DNA from: Mobula hypostoma
Taxonomy: Eukaryota
Assembly: GCF_963921235.1 (NCBI RefSeq)
Contig: NC_086097.1
Span: 141,050,001-141,114,000, forward strand
DNA: 64,000 bases
Direction of reading: 5' to 3'
The notes beneath the pieces were generated by a model. It searched no databases, was not told the origin of the DNA, and worked only from the letters and a program-made list of their open reading frames with translations. This document shows, one piece after another, positions 24,562 through 35,328 of this stretch; position 1 is the first letter of the stretch, and each line of letters opens with the position of its first letter. The position numbers and the translations under genes are program-made.

Positions 24562-26254
24562 CAGTGGCATGTAAAAGATTGGGCACTCCTGGTCAAAATT
24601 TCTGTTACTGTGAATAGCTAACCGAGTAAAAGATGATTTCCAAAAGGTATGAAGTTAAAGGTGAAACATTCATGTAATATTTTAAGCAAGAAAACTTTTT
24701 TATTCCCCTCTTTTACAGTTTCAAAATAACAAAAAAGGAAAAGTGCTCGAAGCAAAAGTTTGAGCACCCTGCATGGCAGTACTTAGTAACACCCCCTTTG
24801 GCAAGTACCACAGCATGTAAACGCTTTTTGTAGCCAGTTAAGGCTCTTTCAGTTCTTGTTTGGAGGGTTTTCGCCCATTCTTCCTTGCAAAAGGCTTCTA
24901 GCTCTATGGGATTCTTGGGCCGTCTTGCATGCATTGTTCTTTTGAGATCTATCCACAGATTCTCGATGATGTTTAGGTCAGAGGGCTGTGAGGGCCATGG
25001 CAAAACCTTCAGCTTGCACCTCTTGAGGTAGTCCGTTGTGGATTTTGAGGCGTGTTTAGGTTCCTTATCCTGTTGTAGAAGCCATCCTCTTTTCATCTTC
25101 GGCTTTTTTTTTACAGATGGTGTGATGTTTGCTTCCAGAATTTTTTGCTATTTAATTAAATTCATTCTTCCCACTACCAGTAAATGTTCCCCGTGCCACT
25201 GGCTGCAACACAAGCCCAAGCATGATCGATCCACCCCCGTACTTAACAGTTGGAGAGGTGTTTTTTTCATGAAATTCTGCACCCTTTTTTCTCCAAACGT
25301 ACCTTTGCTCATTGCGGCCAAAATGTTGTATTTAAAAGGTTTAAAGGACACTCTAAACAAGTCTGATGCATTTTGGAAAAAAGTCCTGTGGAATGACGAA
25401 GTTAAAATAAAACTTTTTGACAGCAATGAACAAAGGTATGTTTGGAGGAAAAAGGGTGCAGAATTACATGAAAAGAACATCTCTCCTACTGTTAAGCTCG
25501 GGGGTGGATCGATCATGCTTTGGGCTTGTGTTGCAGCCAGTCGCACGGGGAATATTTTTTTTAGATTATGAGAACACTCAGTCCTCTTTTACCGTCATTT
25601 AGAAATGCATACATGCATTAAGAAATGATACAATGCACTGGTAGAGGGAGGAATGAATTCAATTAAATACCAGCAAATTCTGAAAGCAAACATCAGTCCG
25701 TCTGTAAAAAAGCCGAAGATAAAAAGAGGATGGCTTCTACAACAGGATAATGAACATAAACACACCTCAAAATCCACAATGGACTACCTCAAGAGGCGCA
25801 AGCTGAGGGTTTTGCCGTGGCCCTCACAATCCCCTGACCTAAACATCATCGAGAATCTGTGGACAGACTTCAAAAGAGCAGTGCATGCAAGACGGCCCAA
25901 GAATCTCACAGAACTATAAGCCTTTTGCAAGGATTAGCGAAAATCCCCCAAACAAGAATTGAAAGAGTCTTAGCTGGCTACAAAAAGCGTTGACAGGCTG
26001 TGATACTTGCCAAAGGGGGTGTTACTAAGTACTGCTATGCAGGGTGCTCAAACTTTTGCTTCGGGCCCTTTTCCTTTTTTTGTTATTTTGAAACTGTAAA
26101 AGATGGAAATAAAAAAGTTCTCTTGCTTAAAATATTAAAGAAATGTATCATCTTTAACTTTATGCATTTTGGAAATCAGTTCATCTTTTACTCGCTTAGC
26201 TATTCACAGTAACAGAAATTTTGACCGGGGTGCCCAAACTTTTGTATGGCGCTG
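24562..26254. mobile_element. Palindromic (foldback) Tc1/mariner DD34E derivative built from two inverted 3' halves
   Basis: TA|CAGTGG...CGCTG|TA ends with long inverted repeats. Transposase C-terminal motifs (QQDxxxKH, WPSQSPDLNIIENLW) occur on the minus strand at 24713-25096 and on the plus strand at 25653-25919. Confidence 0.9.
25556..25635 (-). mobile_element. Short 5'-truncated retroposon 3' end inserted in the Tc1 right arm
   Basis: Its reverse complement matches the 3' tail at about 61010-61075 (atcatttcttaatgcatg...aaaagaggact...cataatc). It interrupts the Tc1 sequence ggggaa.attt|cactggtag. Confidence 0.7.
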
Positions 26255-26353
26255 TATATCCACACTACAAAAGGGAAGGTGCTGACAGTCTTAAAATTCG
26301 TCAAGGTGGATACAGTCCCGGGGCAGACTAAGTGTATTCTATGACACAGAGAG

Positions 26354-26540
26354 GCACCTTAGCGTAGTAGCTAGCGCAACGCTTTACAGTGCAAGTGACT
26401 GGGGTTCAAATCCTGTCGCACCCCTAAGGAGCTTTCCTCCCACATTTCAAAAATCTTCTGGTTAGTAGGCGAATTGGTCGTTGTAAGTTGTCTCGTGATT
26501 AGGTTATGAATAAATCAGGGGATCGCTGCACGACGTGGCC
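26354..26540 (+). mobile_element. tRNA-derived SINE (V-SINE/HE1-like) fragment
   Basis: A-box-like TAGCGTAGTAG and B-box GGGGTTCAAATCC, followed by the cctcccaca.tc.aaa...ggttag..gaattgg core. Confidence 0.6.
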
Positions 26541-26589
26541 TGAATGGCTGTAAGCAAATTGTTGGGCAGAGATATTTCTATAAATGTTA

Positions 26590-27150
26590 CCACGGGCGAA
26601 GTAACAGAAGAGTGTAAGGTGGCTACTGTTGTGTTTTTTGAGAAGTTGTGTAAGGACAAACTTGGGAACTACGGCGGACGGGGGGTGGTGGAGTGGGGGT
26701 GGTGGCTAGCCTAAAATCGGCGGCGGGAAATTTACAACAAGATCTGAGATAAACCAGCAATTGGGATTGAAACGACTCATTAGATAATCAGCATGATATT
26801 GAACGTGGGATATCATGTCAAGAAATTGATTTTTTTTGAAGAGGTGACCAAGAAGATCAACGAGAGCAGGGTGGTTAAAATTGACACAATTCATTTTAGC
26901 AAATTTTAACAACATTACGCTTGGTAGAATGGTCCTGAAGATCAACTCACATTCGATTAAGAATAGGCGAGCTACTTGCACACAGGCTTAGCCTGATGTC
27001 AACAGTCCAAGTGTGATGTGGATTTTGGTCATTGGTGTTCCACAAGGATCATGTTGGGTCCTCTACTGTTCATTACGGTTAGCGTGGACGAGTCGAGTTG
27101 TGTAGAAGGGCCCGTTTCTGTGTTGTGGAACTCAACTAGTCTATGACTCT
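26590..27150 (+). mobile_element. Decayed CR1 LINE reverse-transcriptase fragment
   Basis: Degenerate CR1 ORF2 motifs (KDKLGNY, FFEEVTKKI, GVPQGSxLGPLLF). Confidence 0.7.
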
Positions 27151-28674
27151 ATCCCAGGTAAATATATTTATTTGGAGATAAGGAATATCGAAAGACGGGA
27201 AAGTGGCGCCAGACTTGAAGGTCAGCCATCATTCCGGAGCCCCAATCAGCGGCGGGAGCAGAACACAGTTTCGAGGTTTCTGGCAGCTCGGTGACGCTTG
27301 TTTAAAAGCAGCCCTTCGCGGGCGTTCGGACATTCGGAGTCCCGAACAGCGACGGGAGTATAGAAGGGACAAGCGGGCGGCCATTGTTGGGAGTGGGCTA
27401 GTGGTGAGAGTAGGAGTGTCAGGCTTTGAGCAAAGGAGGCTTCGGCTGGAGAGGCGTTGGCTGTGGTTAAGTTTCTGGTGAGGTTCCATTTTCCCTCTCC
27501 CTTAGTGTAGTAAGTGGCCGTTGTGTGTCTTCTTCATGCCGGATGTTGGAGTCCTGGGAGACCCAGAGTCTCCCAGGGACCTACATCTGCGTGAAGTGCA
27601 ACCAGCTACAGTTCCTTGAATACCGTGTTAGCGATATGAAGCAGCAGCCGAATAACCTTCGGCTTATACGGGAGAGTGAGGAGATAATCGATTAGAGTTA
27701 AGTAGTCACCCCGATGTTGGAGGAGGCGAGTAGCTCGGTGATTGCCATGAGAAATAGAATTGTGAATAGCCAGTTAGCGCAGAGCATCGCTGTGGCCATT
27801 CCCCTCCAAAATAAGTATACACGTTTGGATACTGTTGTGGGGGGTGGCCTCCCAGGGGAATGCCACGGAGCCCAAGTTACTGGCACTGAGCATGGGGCCG
27901 TGGTGAAGAAAGTAAAGAAGGAGAAAGGACAGAGGTATTGATAGAGGACTCAATGGTCAGAAGAACAAACAGGAGATTCTGTGGACGTGTACGGGGAACC
28001 CGGATGGTATGTTGCCTCCAAGGTGCCAGGGTCAGGGACATCTCGTGTCCACAACACTTTACAGAAGGGCCGAGAGCAGCCAGATGTCTTGGCACATATT
28101 GGTACCAGTGACATAGGAAAGAACACCAATGCAGTCCTGGAGAGAGAATTTAGAGAGCTAGGCAGAAAGCTGAGAAGCAGAGCATCCAGGGTAGTAATTT
28201 CATGATTGCTACCCGTGCCACATGCTAATGAGGGTAGAAGCAGGATGATTTGGCAGATAAATACGTGGCTGAGGAGCTGCTTCAGGGGCAGGGGTTCAGG
28301 TTCTTGGATTATTGGGATCTGTTCTGGGTGAGGAATGACCTTTACAAAAGGAGTGGATTGCACCTGAACCCGAGGGGGACAAATATTCTCGCGGGCAGAT
28401 TTGTTATAGCTTTTTTTTGGGGGGGGGATTAAGCTAATTTCGCAGGGGGTGGGAACCGGAATGAAGGGACTCAGACTAGGAGGAAGTAAAGTCGGACGTA
28501 GCAGTATTTCAGTGGAGTAAGGGAAATTACAGTGGCATGAGAGAGGAGTTGGCCAAAGTAGATTGAAAGGAGCTGTTCACAGGGATGACAGCAGAGAAGC
28601 AATGGCGTGAGTTTCTGGGGGAAATGAGGAAGGTGCAATATAGATGTATTCCAAAAACGAAAAAATACTCAAAT

Positions 28675-29074
28675 TGTCATAGTTCCGTTTGGTTGTTCCC
28701 ATTTAACGCTCCTTTCTCCCTGATTATGCCCTAATTTCATCCATTAGATTTCCAATTGCTGCTAGTTTACTTAATTACGGTACACCTGGTTTGCATCAGA
28801 GACTGTGAAATAAGTACGATGGCGTCACTACACAGGTTGCCACTTTGTTGGTCTATTCTTGTGTGATACTTCGTTCTCTCGTCCGCTTAGAACCGTTAGT
28901 TCTAAGTTTAGTTCCAAGTTCCGCTCTAGTTTCAAGATAGTCCCTGTAGATCCCGTCTCCTTGCCAAGATTCCTCCGGTTTTCTGTTCTACATTCACGTC
29001 TACGCCAGCATCCCTAACTCAGTCGACGTGCCGGTGTCCCGCACTTGGCTTCTCCTCAGTCGCCCCGTGCAACA
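28675..29074. mobile_element. Solo LTR, 400 bp, with 5-bp TSD
   Basis: TGTCA...CAACA termini flanked by direct repeats CAAAT at 28670-28674 and 29075-29079. CR1 resumes in register. Confidence 0.85.
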
Positions 29075-30324
29075 CAAATGGCAAAATAGTACTACCGTGG
29101 CTGACAAGGGAAGTCAAAGTTCATGTAAAAACAAAACAGAGGGCATACAACAAAGCAAAAATTAGCGGGAAGATAGAAGATTGGAAAGCTTTTAAAAACC
29201 TAAAGAGAGCAACTAGCAAACAATATCAAAATGGAAAGTAAAAGCTTTTTCTAGTATATAAAAAAATTAAAGGGAGATGAGAGTGTGTATGGGACCGCTA
29301 GAAAATGTGGCTGGAGAAATAATAACGGTGGACAAGGAGATGGCAGATGAACTAAATAAGTATTTTTCTTCAGTCTTCCCTGTGGAAGACATTAGCAGTG
29401 TGTCAGGTGTTGTAGTGTGTGAAATAAGAGAAGTGAGTGCAGTTACTATTACAAGGGAGAAGATGCTCAAAAAGCTGAAAGACCTAAGGATACGTAACTC
29501 ACCTGAACCAAATGAACTGCACTCTCGGGTTCTGAAAGAGGTAGCGCTAGAGATCGTGGAAGTATTAGCAGTGATCTTTCAAAAATCGTTGGACTTTGGT
29601 ACGGTGCTAGGGGACTGGAAATTGCAAATGTCACTCCACTCCTTAAGAAAGGAGGAAGGCAGCAGAAAGGAAATTATAGACCAGTTAGCCTGACCTCAGT
29701 TGTTGGGAAGAGTTAGAGTCAATTGTTAAGGATGAGGTTGTGGAGTATTTGGTGGCACAGGACAAGATAGGACAAAGTCAGCTTGGTTGTCTTAAGGGAA
29801 TATCTTGCCTGACGAACCTGTTGGAATTCTTTGAGGAGGTTACAAGTCGGGTAGATAAAGAGGATGCATTAGATGTTGTATATTTGGACTTTCAGAAGAC
29901 CTTTGCCAAGGTGCCACACATGAGACTGCTTACTAAGTTAAGAGCTCATGATATTACAGGAAAGTTACTAACATGGTTAGAGCATTGGCTGATTGGTAGG
30001 AGACAGCGAATGGGAATAAAAGGATCCTTGTCTAGTTGGCTGCCAGAAACGAGTGGTGTTCCGCAGGGGCCGGTGGTGGGGCCACTTATTTGTATGCTGT
30101 ATATAAAAGATTTAGATGATGGAATTGTGGATTCGTTGTCAAGTTTATAGATGATACGAAGATTGGTGGAGGAGGAGGTAGTGCTGAGGAAACAGGTAGG
30201 ATGCAGGACTTAGACAGATCAGCAGAATGGGCAAGAATATGGCAAATAAAATACAATGTTGGAAAATGCATGGTCATGCACTTTAGTGGTAGAAATAAAT
30301 GTGCAGACTATTTTCTAAACGGGA

Positions 30325-30725
30325 AGCGTTAGTGTGATTTTTGGGTTTCGGTCATTTACATTTAGCAAATGGCTTTGGCTACCAGTATTCTGTTCCTTGA
30401 TAACGTATTGTGGATTTAATTTGGAACAATAGATTCCTAAAAGCTGTGAATCCCACTCTGGACGATTCTGGCGTCTGTGGGATGGATGTGAATTAGAAGG
30501 TGCGAAGTTTGTATGTAGTTTCAAAAGAAAGCATTGTATATACTTTGTAAATGTGTAATTGTCCTTTGTGTTTAGCACATACATATCGAGCCCCAGGTTG
30601 GGCCAGCAGACCTTCCCACCGACATCGTCTCCATAAGATGCTTGCTGTACATTGTTTTGTCGAATAAAGCAGCTGCTTTGTAGCTACCAGTAACTCCCTC
30701 TGGCGATTTTATTCACGCAACCACA
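30325..30725 (+). mobile_element. Solo LTR, 401 bp, with 4-bp TSD
   Basis: Flanked by GGGA/GGGA, AATAAA at about 30663, ends ...CAACCACA. The 5' terminus is mutated (AG instead of TG). Confidence 0.7.
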
Positions 30726-31926
30726 GGGAGAAAATCCATAAATCTGAGAAGCGACGGGACTTGGGAGTCCTTGTGCAGAACACCCTAATAGTTAACTTGT
30801 AGGAAGAGGCGGTGGTGAGGAAGGCAAATGCGATGTCAGCATTCATTTCAACAGGTCAAGAATACAAGAGCAGGCCGCACCTTGAGTTAAAGAAAACATG
30901 TGTTGGCATAGGAGACGGTCCAGACGCGTTTCACAAGAATGATTCCTGGAATGAAAGGGTGATCATACGAGGAACGTTTGATGGCTCTGTAATTGTTTGA
31001 TCGCTTTAAGTTAGAAGGTTGGGTGTTTGAAGGTTTCTCATTGAAACCTTTCGAATTTTGAAAGGCCTAGACAGAGTAGATGTGGAAAGGATGTTACTCA
31101 TGGTGGGGGAATCTAGGACACAAGGGCACACCCTCAGGATAGAGGGGCGTCCATTTAAAACAGATGCGGGAAAATTTCTGTAGCCAGAGGGTGGTAAATT
31201 TGTGGAATTTGTTACAGCAGGCAGCTGTGGAGGCCACGTCGTTGGGTGTATTTAAGGCAGAGATTGATAGGATTTTGATTGGACACGGCATCAAAGGTTA
31301 CGGGGAGAAGGCCGGGAAATGGGGTTGAGGAGGGGTAAAAAGGATCAGCCATGATTGAATGGGAAGCAGACCCGATGGGCAAAATAGCCTAATTCTGCTT
31401 CTATTACATATGTTCTTATGATCTTTATGAACCAGGAGCACGACAAAGGACAGACTCATCTCTCCCCATTTCTCCTTCTTTTCTGTTCTCATCTCTGTGG
31501 GGTGCTGCTTGAACCCTCGAGATCTGAAGCGAGAACGCTGTAATCACTCTGCGGGTCAAGCATCAGTACCCTTCGCTCCGGAGATTTCAGAGCTTTGAAT
31601 AATCGGCACTAATGAAACTGAATAACGGGATAATACGAGAGAAATGTCGGAGGCAGAGCGAGGCCAGGAAGGCAAGAGAGACAGAGGTTGCGTAACTTTT
31701 AATGTGAACTATATGTATTCGAAATTTCTACATCCGCAGACCAGCGACAGAAACCACAGCTGTTCGTCCCTCTCTCCTGGGAAAAGGATCGACGAATGAA
31801 AGTGTAAATGAAAGTGACGGTGAAGGACACACTGCGCAGCCGCTCGAACAACCCGCCTGTATCCGGGCACTTGCTATTTAATTCGAATGAGACGATGACA
31901 GGAGCAGTCCCCTAGGAAACTGCATC

Positions 31927-32270
31927 ATGTCGTTCTGTTCCTTCAAGACAGCGTGGCTTCAGTGTCTTTTATTTGCAGCTGGATATCTGGCCCAGGAATT
32001 GAAGATGCCTCACATTTCAATCACGAGGCCCGAGACGACGACGGTGAAGATACTGTGCGAGGTAAGGGCACTCGATGACATCCACTGGTACCAGCAACTC
32101 GCCAACCAGGCACCCAGAAGGATCCTGCGCTTTAGCAAAGGTCGAACGGAGCGGGATCCGGGAGTGTCCGCCAAGTTCTCAGCCGAGGGCAGTGACCCTT
32201 TCTTCTCTCTTGTGGTTGACAACATCGCCCTGACAGATGCCGCCATCTATTACTGTGCCCGCTGGGTCGG
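31927..32270 (+). CDS. TRGV: T-cell receptor gamma-type variable gene segment, apparently intact; signal peptide and V domain in one uninterrupted ORF
   Basis: MSFCSFKTAWLQCLLFAAGYLA|QELKMPHISITRP...C23...IHWYQQ (W41)...DAAIYYCARW. The SITR FR1 motif and YYCAxW end are typical of TCR gamma V. Directly followed by a 23-RSS. Confidence 0.88.
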
Positions 32271-32309
32271 CACAGTGTGAAGCGGCGGTAGAAGGGCGAT
32301 ACAAAAACC
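32271..32309 (+). other. Recombination signal sequence, consensus 23-RSS
   Basis: CACAGTG (32271-32277), 23-nt spacer, ACAAAAACC (32301-32309). Confidence 0.98.
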
Positions 32310-32554
32310 CCAGTCTCTCCTACCGCTCGACTGTTTCACCAGGGAAAGGAAACTTCATGGCGTTGACCGGAGATGGAGGCAGCGTTCCCACTAAACAAAA
32401 GGAATGTAATTCTATTCAGGGATCCAGTGCTGAAGCGGGAAGCGGCACGTGGTGCAGAAAACACAGGTGCGGCAGGTCTTCAGAACAGCTGACGGAAGAT
32501 AGTTGTTTATTACAAGCGCAATTTACTACAAAGTTAGCGAAGTTATGCTCTGTG

Positions 32555-32940
32555 TACGGAGCCACACCTGGAATATCGTATCCAGCATTGGTCCGGTTAT
32601 TTAAGGATCTCAATTATCTAGAAGCAGTTCACAGAGGGTTCATTGGAACGATGAAAAAGGGATGGACAGGCCAGACTCATATCTACTGCAGTTTTGAATA
32701 GTCAAAGGGATCTTAATTAAAACGTACTGTTCGCTGATGAATGTAGACAGTGAGGCGTGTAGAGGATGTTTCCATTCGTACAAGAGCCTAGAATGGGAGT
32801 CAGTGTTGAATGGTTGTCCATTAACGAGAGAGATGAAGAGAGGGGTTTCTTTCTAAAGTTGGTGACTCCTGGGAGCTCTAGGGTGAGCAGGGTCTTTGAA
32901 TAATTTGAAGGCAGAGGGAGATTAATTATAGTCAAGCGAG
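32555..32940 (+). mobile_element. Old CR1 3' fragment between the two V segments
   Basis: Degenerate PHLEYxxQxW motif and CR1 3'-region similarity. Confidence 0.6.
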
Positions 32941-33039
32941 AGCGTGAAAGTTTACCGCGAGTAGTCGGAATGAAGAATTGAGTGTCGATCTCACCGAGGC
33001 ATAATGGAAAGTTGCAGCGACCAGTGACTTCAGGCAGAG

Positions 33040-33295
33040 ACGCCAGGTGTGCGTGGACAAGAATTCACCTCGGGGTCACACTCGACTTCCTGCGGACAGC
33101 GGCTGGGTTGGGTTTCTGGGTCACGTGGGGGGGGGTGAGATCCGGATTGAAATTCAGCGCCGAGTCTGAATAGTAAAGGACAGGTCGTGACGTCATCGCG
33201 CCAAAAGGAATCCGCAGTTTGCGGTTTCGAGAAGGAGTGAAGCGGTCGGCAGGATCTCAGTCACCTGGATCAACGCGACGCTCTGTCTCCCCAAC
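33040..33295 (+). promoter_or_regulatory. Promoter of the second V: CRE/TCR-decamer-like site, RUNX, ETS and E-box motifs
   Basis: TGACGTCA at 33188-33195 (cGTGACGTCA, 9/10 to the TCR V decamer AGTGAYRTCA). TGCGGT at about 33220, CTTCCTG at about 33086, CAGGTG and CACCTG at about 33044 and 33263. CpG-rich, about 100 bp upstream of the ATG. Confidence 0.7.
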
Positions 33296-33728
33296 ATGAA
33301 GGTGTTGCTGACCGTCATTTTATTGACCTGCTTTCTCGGTCAGTGTTTAGCATTTTAGTCTCCGTTTTCCTTCGCCCTTCGTCACCACACTGTGGAATAA
33401 TTCAATCACGTTGTATTATTTTCTCCCACAGGAAAAGTGGCGCTTCAGATATTGACACAGGCTCAATTATTGATCACCAGGATTCCGACAAAATTTGTGC
33501 ACTTTTACTGTGATGTTCAACAAATATATTTTGCGGAAGCTGTACCGGCAGAAGCCGGGTGAAGGCCTGCAGCGGCTATTGTATTTTAAGAATTCATCCG
33601 ATACTCAGAAGGATGTGTCTGACGAGCGATTAATTGCGAGCAAAGTACCTGAGACTCAATCGTGCACTTTATTCTTGCCGAACATAAGCGAGAATGATTC
33701 TGGCACTTCCTGCTGCGCTTACTGGCTA
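33296..33728 (+). pseudogene. TRGV: TCR gamma-type V pseudogene with split leader
   Basis: Leader exon 33296-33338 (MKVLLTVILLTCFL-G, GTCAGT donor). Phase-1 intron to the ttttctcccacAG acceptor; V exon from 33432 (QILTQ...FYC). Frameshift at the W41 position, then YRQKPGE...DSGTSCCAYW (YYC changed to SCC). Confidence 0.9.
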
Positions 33729-33767
33729 CAAACAGACCAAATGCGAAGGGATGCCAGTACATAAACC
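33729..33767 (+). other. Degenerate 23-RSS of the V pseudogene
   Basis: CAAACAG, exactly 23 nt, then ACATAAACC. The heptamer has lost the critical CAC. Confidence 0.8.
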
Positions 33768-34212
33768 CAACGGGTATCTTGTGCATAAGGTGTTCACTGA
33801 TTGCAGACCAAATAGCAACTGTTGTGCCTCATGATCTCCGCGACTATCTGACTTTAACGAATGCTATCTGTTGTTTTTAACCACGGTGCAATTTGCATAT
33901 TACTTTATAGCTTGGTTGAAGAAAACTGCTTCGATTAACATGGATCCAAATTTCATGAATGAATACGAGCCAGGAACCTAAGAACCTTACTTGCTGCACA
34001 TTCTCATAACCAAACCATTGTGCAAGAGACTTAAAGGGTATTATTTGTGGCGGTGTTCCATGGAATGAACAAGGCTAAATCTGCTATTACAGGTAATTTT
34101 ATTTTTTTCTGTAGAGAAATATGACATAGTAACACAAAACCCCGAGATAGAGCAACACACACAACACGCTGGAGGAACTCACAGGTTGGGCAGCATCTGT
34201 GGATCCGAGATA

Positions 34213-34280
34213 GAGTACTGTGCAAAGTCTTAGGAACTTATGTATATAGCTAGGGTGCCTCAGTCTTTAGCACAGTAGTG
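34213..34280. mobile_element. Tc1-type MITE
   Basis: Inverted ends gagtactgtgcaaa...agcacagtagtg, flanked by TA. Confidence 0.6.
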
Positions 34281-34683
34281 TAATTTTATGTACTGCTCTG
34301 TACTGCTGCCGTAAAAAAAAGCAATTTCATGCCATATGTGAGTGATGGTAAACTTGATTCTGATATGGGTCTCTGGACTGAGAGTGGGAAGTGGGTAGGC
34401 AGAGGGGAATTGTGGTTGAGGAAAGGGGAAGGGAGAAAGGGAGGGAGCAGGGAGCACCAGAGAGACGTGTTGCAATGATCAATAAACCGATTGTTTGGAA
34501 TCAAATGAACTTGCCTGATGTCTCAGGACTGGGTGTGTCTGCACCAGCGCCTCCCTCCGCCCCTGGCATTCTTTCTCCGCTCCTGCCCCAAGCCCCTTCC
34601 GCGGCGCTCCATCTTCGCATTTCCCAGCATCCGTTGCTTCTACCAGATTTACAAACTCACTCTCCGCTCCTCGTTGACAAATA

Positions 34684-34742
34684 CAGTGGTGTGCAAAAGT
34701 CTAAAGCACCCTATACATGCGTGAAACTTTTGCACACGACTG
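34684..34742. mobile_element. 59-bp Tc1-type MITE
   Basis: TA|CAGTGGTGTGCAAAAGT...ACTTTTGCACACGACTG|TA. Confidence 0.8.
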
Positions 34743-34937
34743 TATACTAACCACACGGGCCTCCAATCTGCAAAACATCCCTCTGTGTAGTCTGCAAGAC
34801 ACCCCTCCATTGGCATTCACTAGGTCCTACTACAAGGCAGTTTGGTATCCTTATGGTTCACCTCGCTCACCCTGGATTCCGTGTACCATGCGGATTCTTC
34901 TACAAGGCCTTGCTAAAGTCCATGTAGACAAAACCCT

Positions 34938-35328
34938 TGTCACAATCACGGATTCGGCGCACAGCAGATTCGGCAATTGCGCTCGTGACTATAGTATGTA
35001 ACACCATTCGTTCCGTTGTAGTTTTTGACGAGACTTGAACGCAGGACACAGCAATACTTTGCTTTCTGCATTACGCCTTGACTGAGAAATTGGACTGTTG
35101 AGTCGACTGAATCTGAAGACTACCGGTATTCGTTTAATTCTTAGTTGTTCTTTTCAGCCGCAGTGTAGGCTTCGTTTTCCTTTTGAGAGCATTAGTTAAC
35201 GGCTCTGTTTGGCCTAGCGTTTATTGCTTTGTTTCCCTTCAACACCATTCGCATTAAAGTCTGTGATCTATCGATCCTGCTTCAGTGCCTCTTGCTCCGC
35301 ACTTGGGCCATGTCCGAACCTGGTGACA
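34938..35328 (+). mobile_element. Solo LTR, 391 bp, with 5-bp TSD
   Basis: TGTCAC...GTGACA termini, ACCCT direct repeats at 34933-34937 and 35329-35333, ATTAAA near the 3' end. Confidence 0.88.

Larger units (their letters stand above)
27240..31425 (+). mobile_element. Near full-length defective CR1 LINE (ORF1 zinc finger and esterase, endonuclease deleted, RT, 3' tail) carrying two solo-LTR insertions
   Basis: ORF1 motifs CxxC...YICVKC, HIGTSDIG and GLHLNPRG. ORF2 RT at 29740-30150 (YLDFQKTF, GVPQG). 3' tail ...ttcttatgatctttatg. Multiple frameshifts. Confidence 0.92.

Noticed and set aside
26354-26430. tRNA gene candidate (A and B boxes)
   Set aside because: No complete cloverleaf, and it continues into a SINE core.
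31427-31510. Hydrophobic stretch LSPFLLLFCSHLCG as a possible upstream leader exon for the intact V
   Set aside because: No suitably placed ATG or phase-1 consensus donor; the pyrimidine-rich sequence gives a hydrophobic translation by chance.
33388-33394. CACTGTG heptamers (also at 47320 and 56465) and CACAGTG (about 35364 and 42140) as possible J or D RSS
   Set aside because: No nonamer at 12 or 23 spacing and no FGxG-coding sequence adjacent.
33891-33898. Octamer ATTTGCAT downstream of the V pseudogene (another lies within env near 45784)
   Set aside because: No leader or V follows, and a few octamers per 64 kb are expected by chance.
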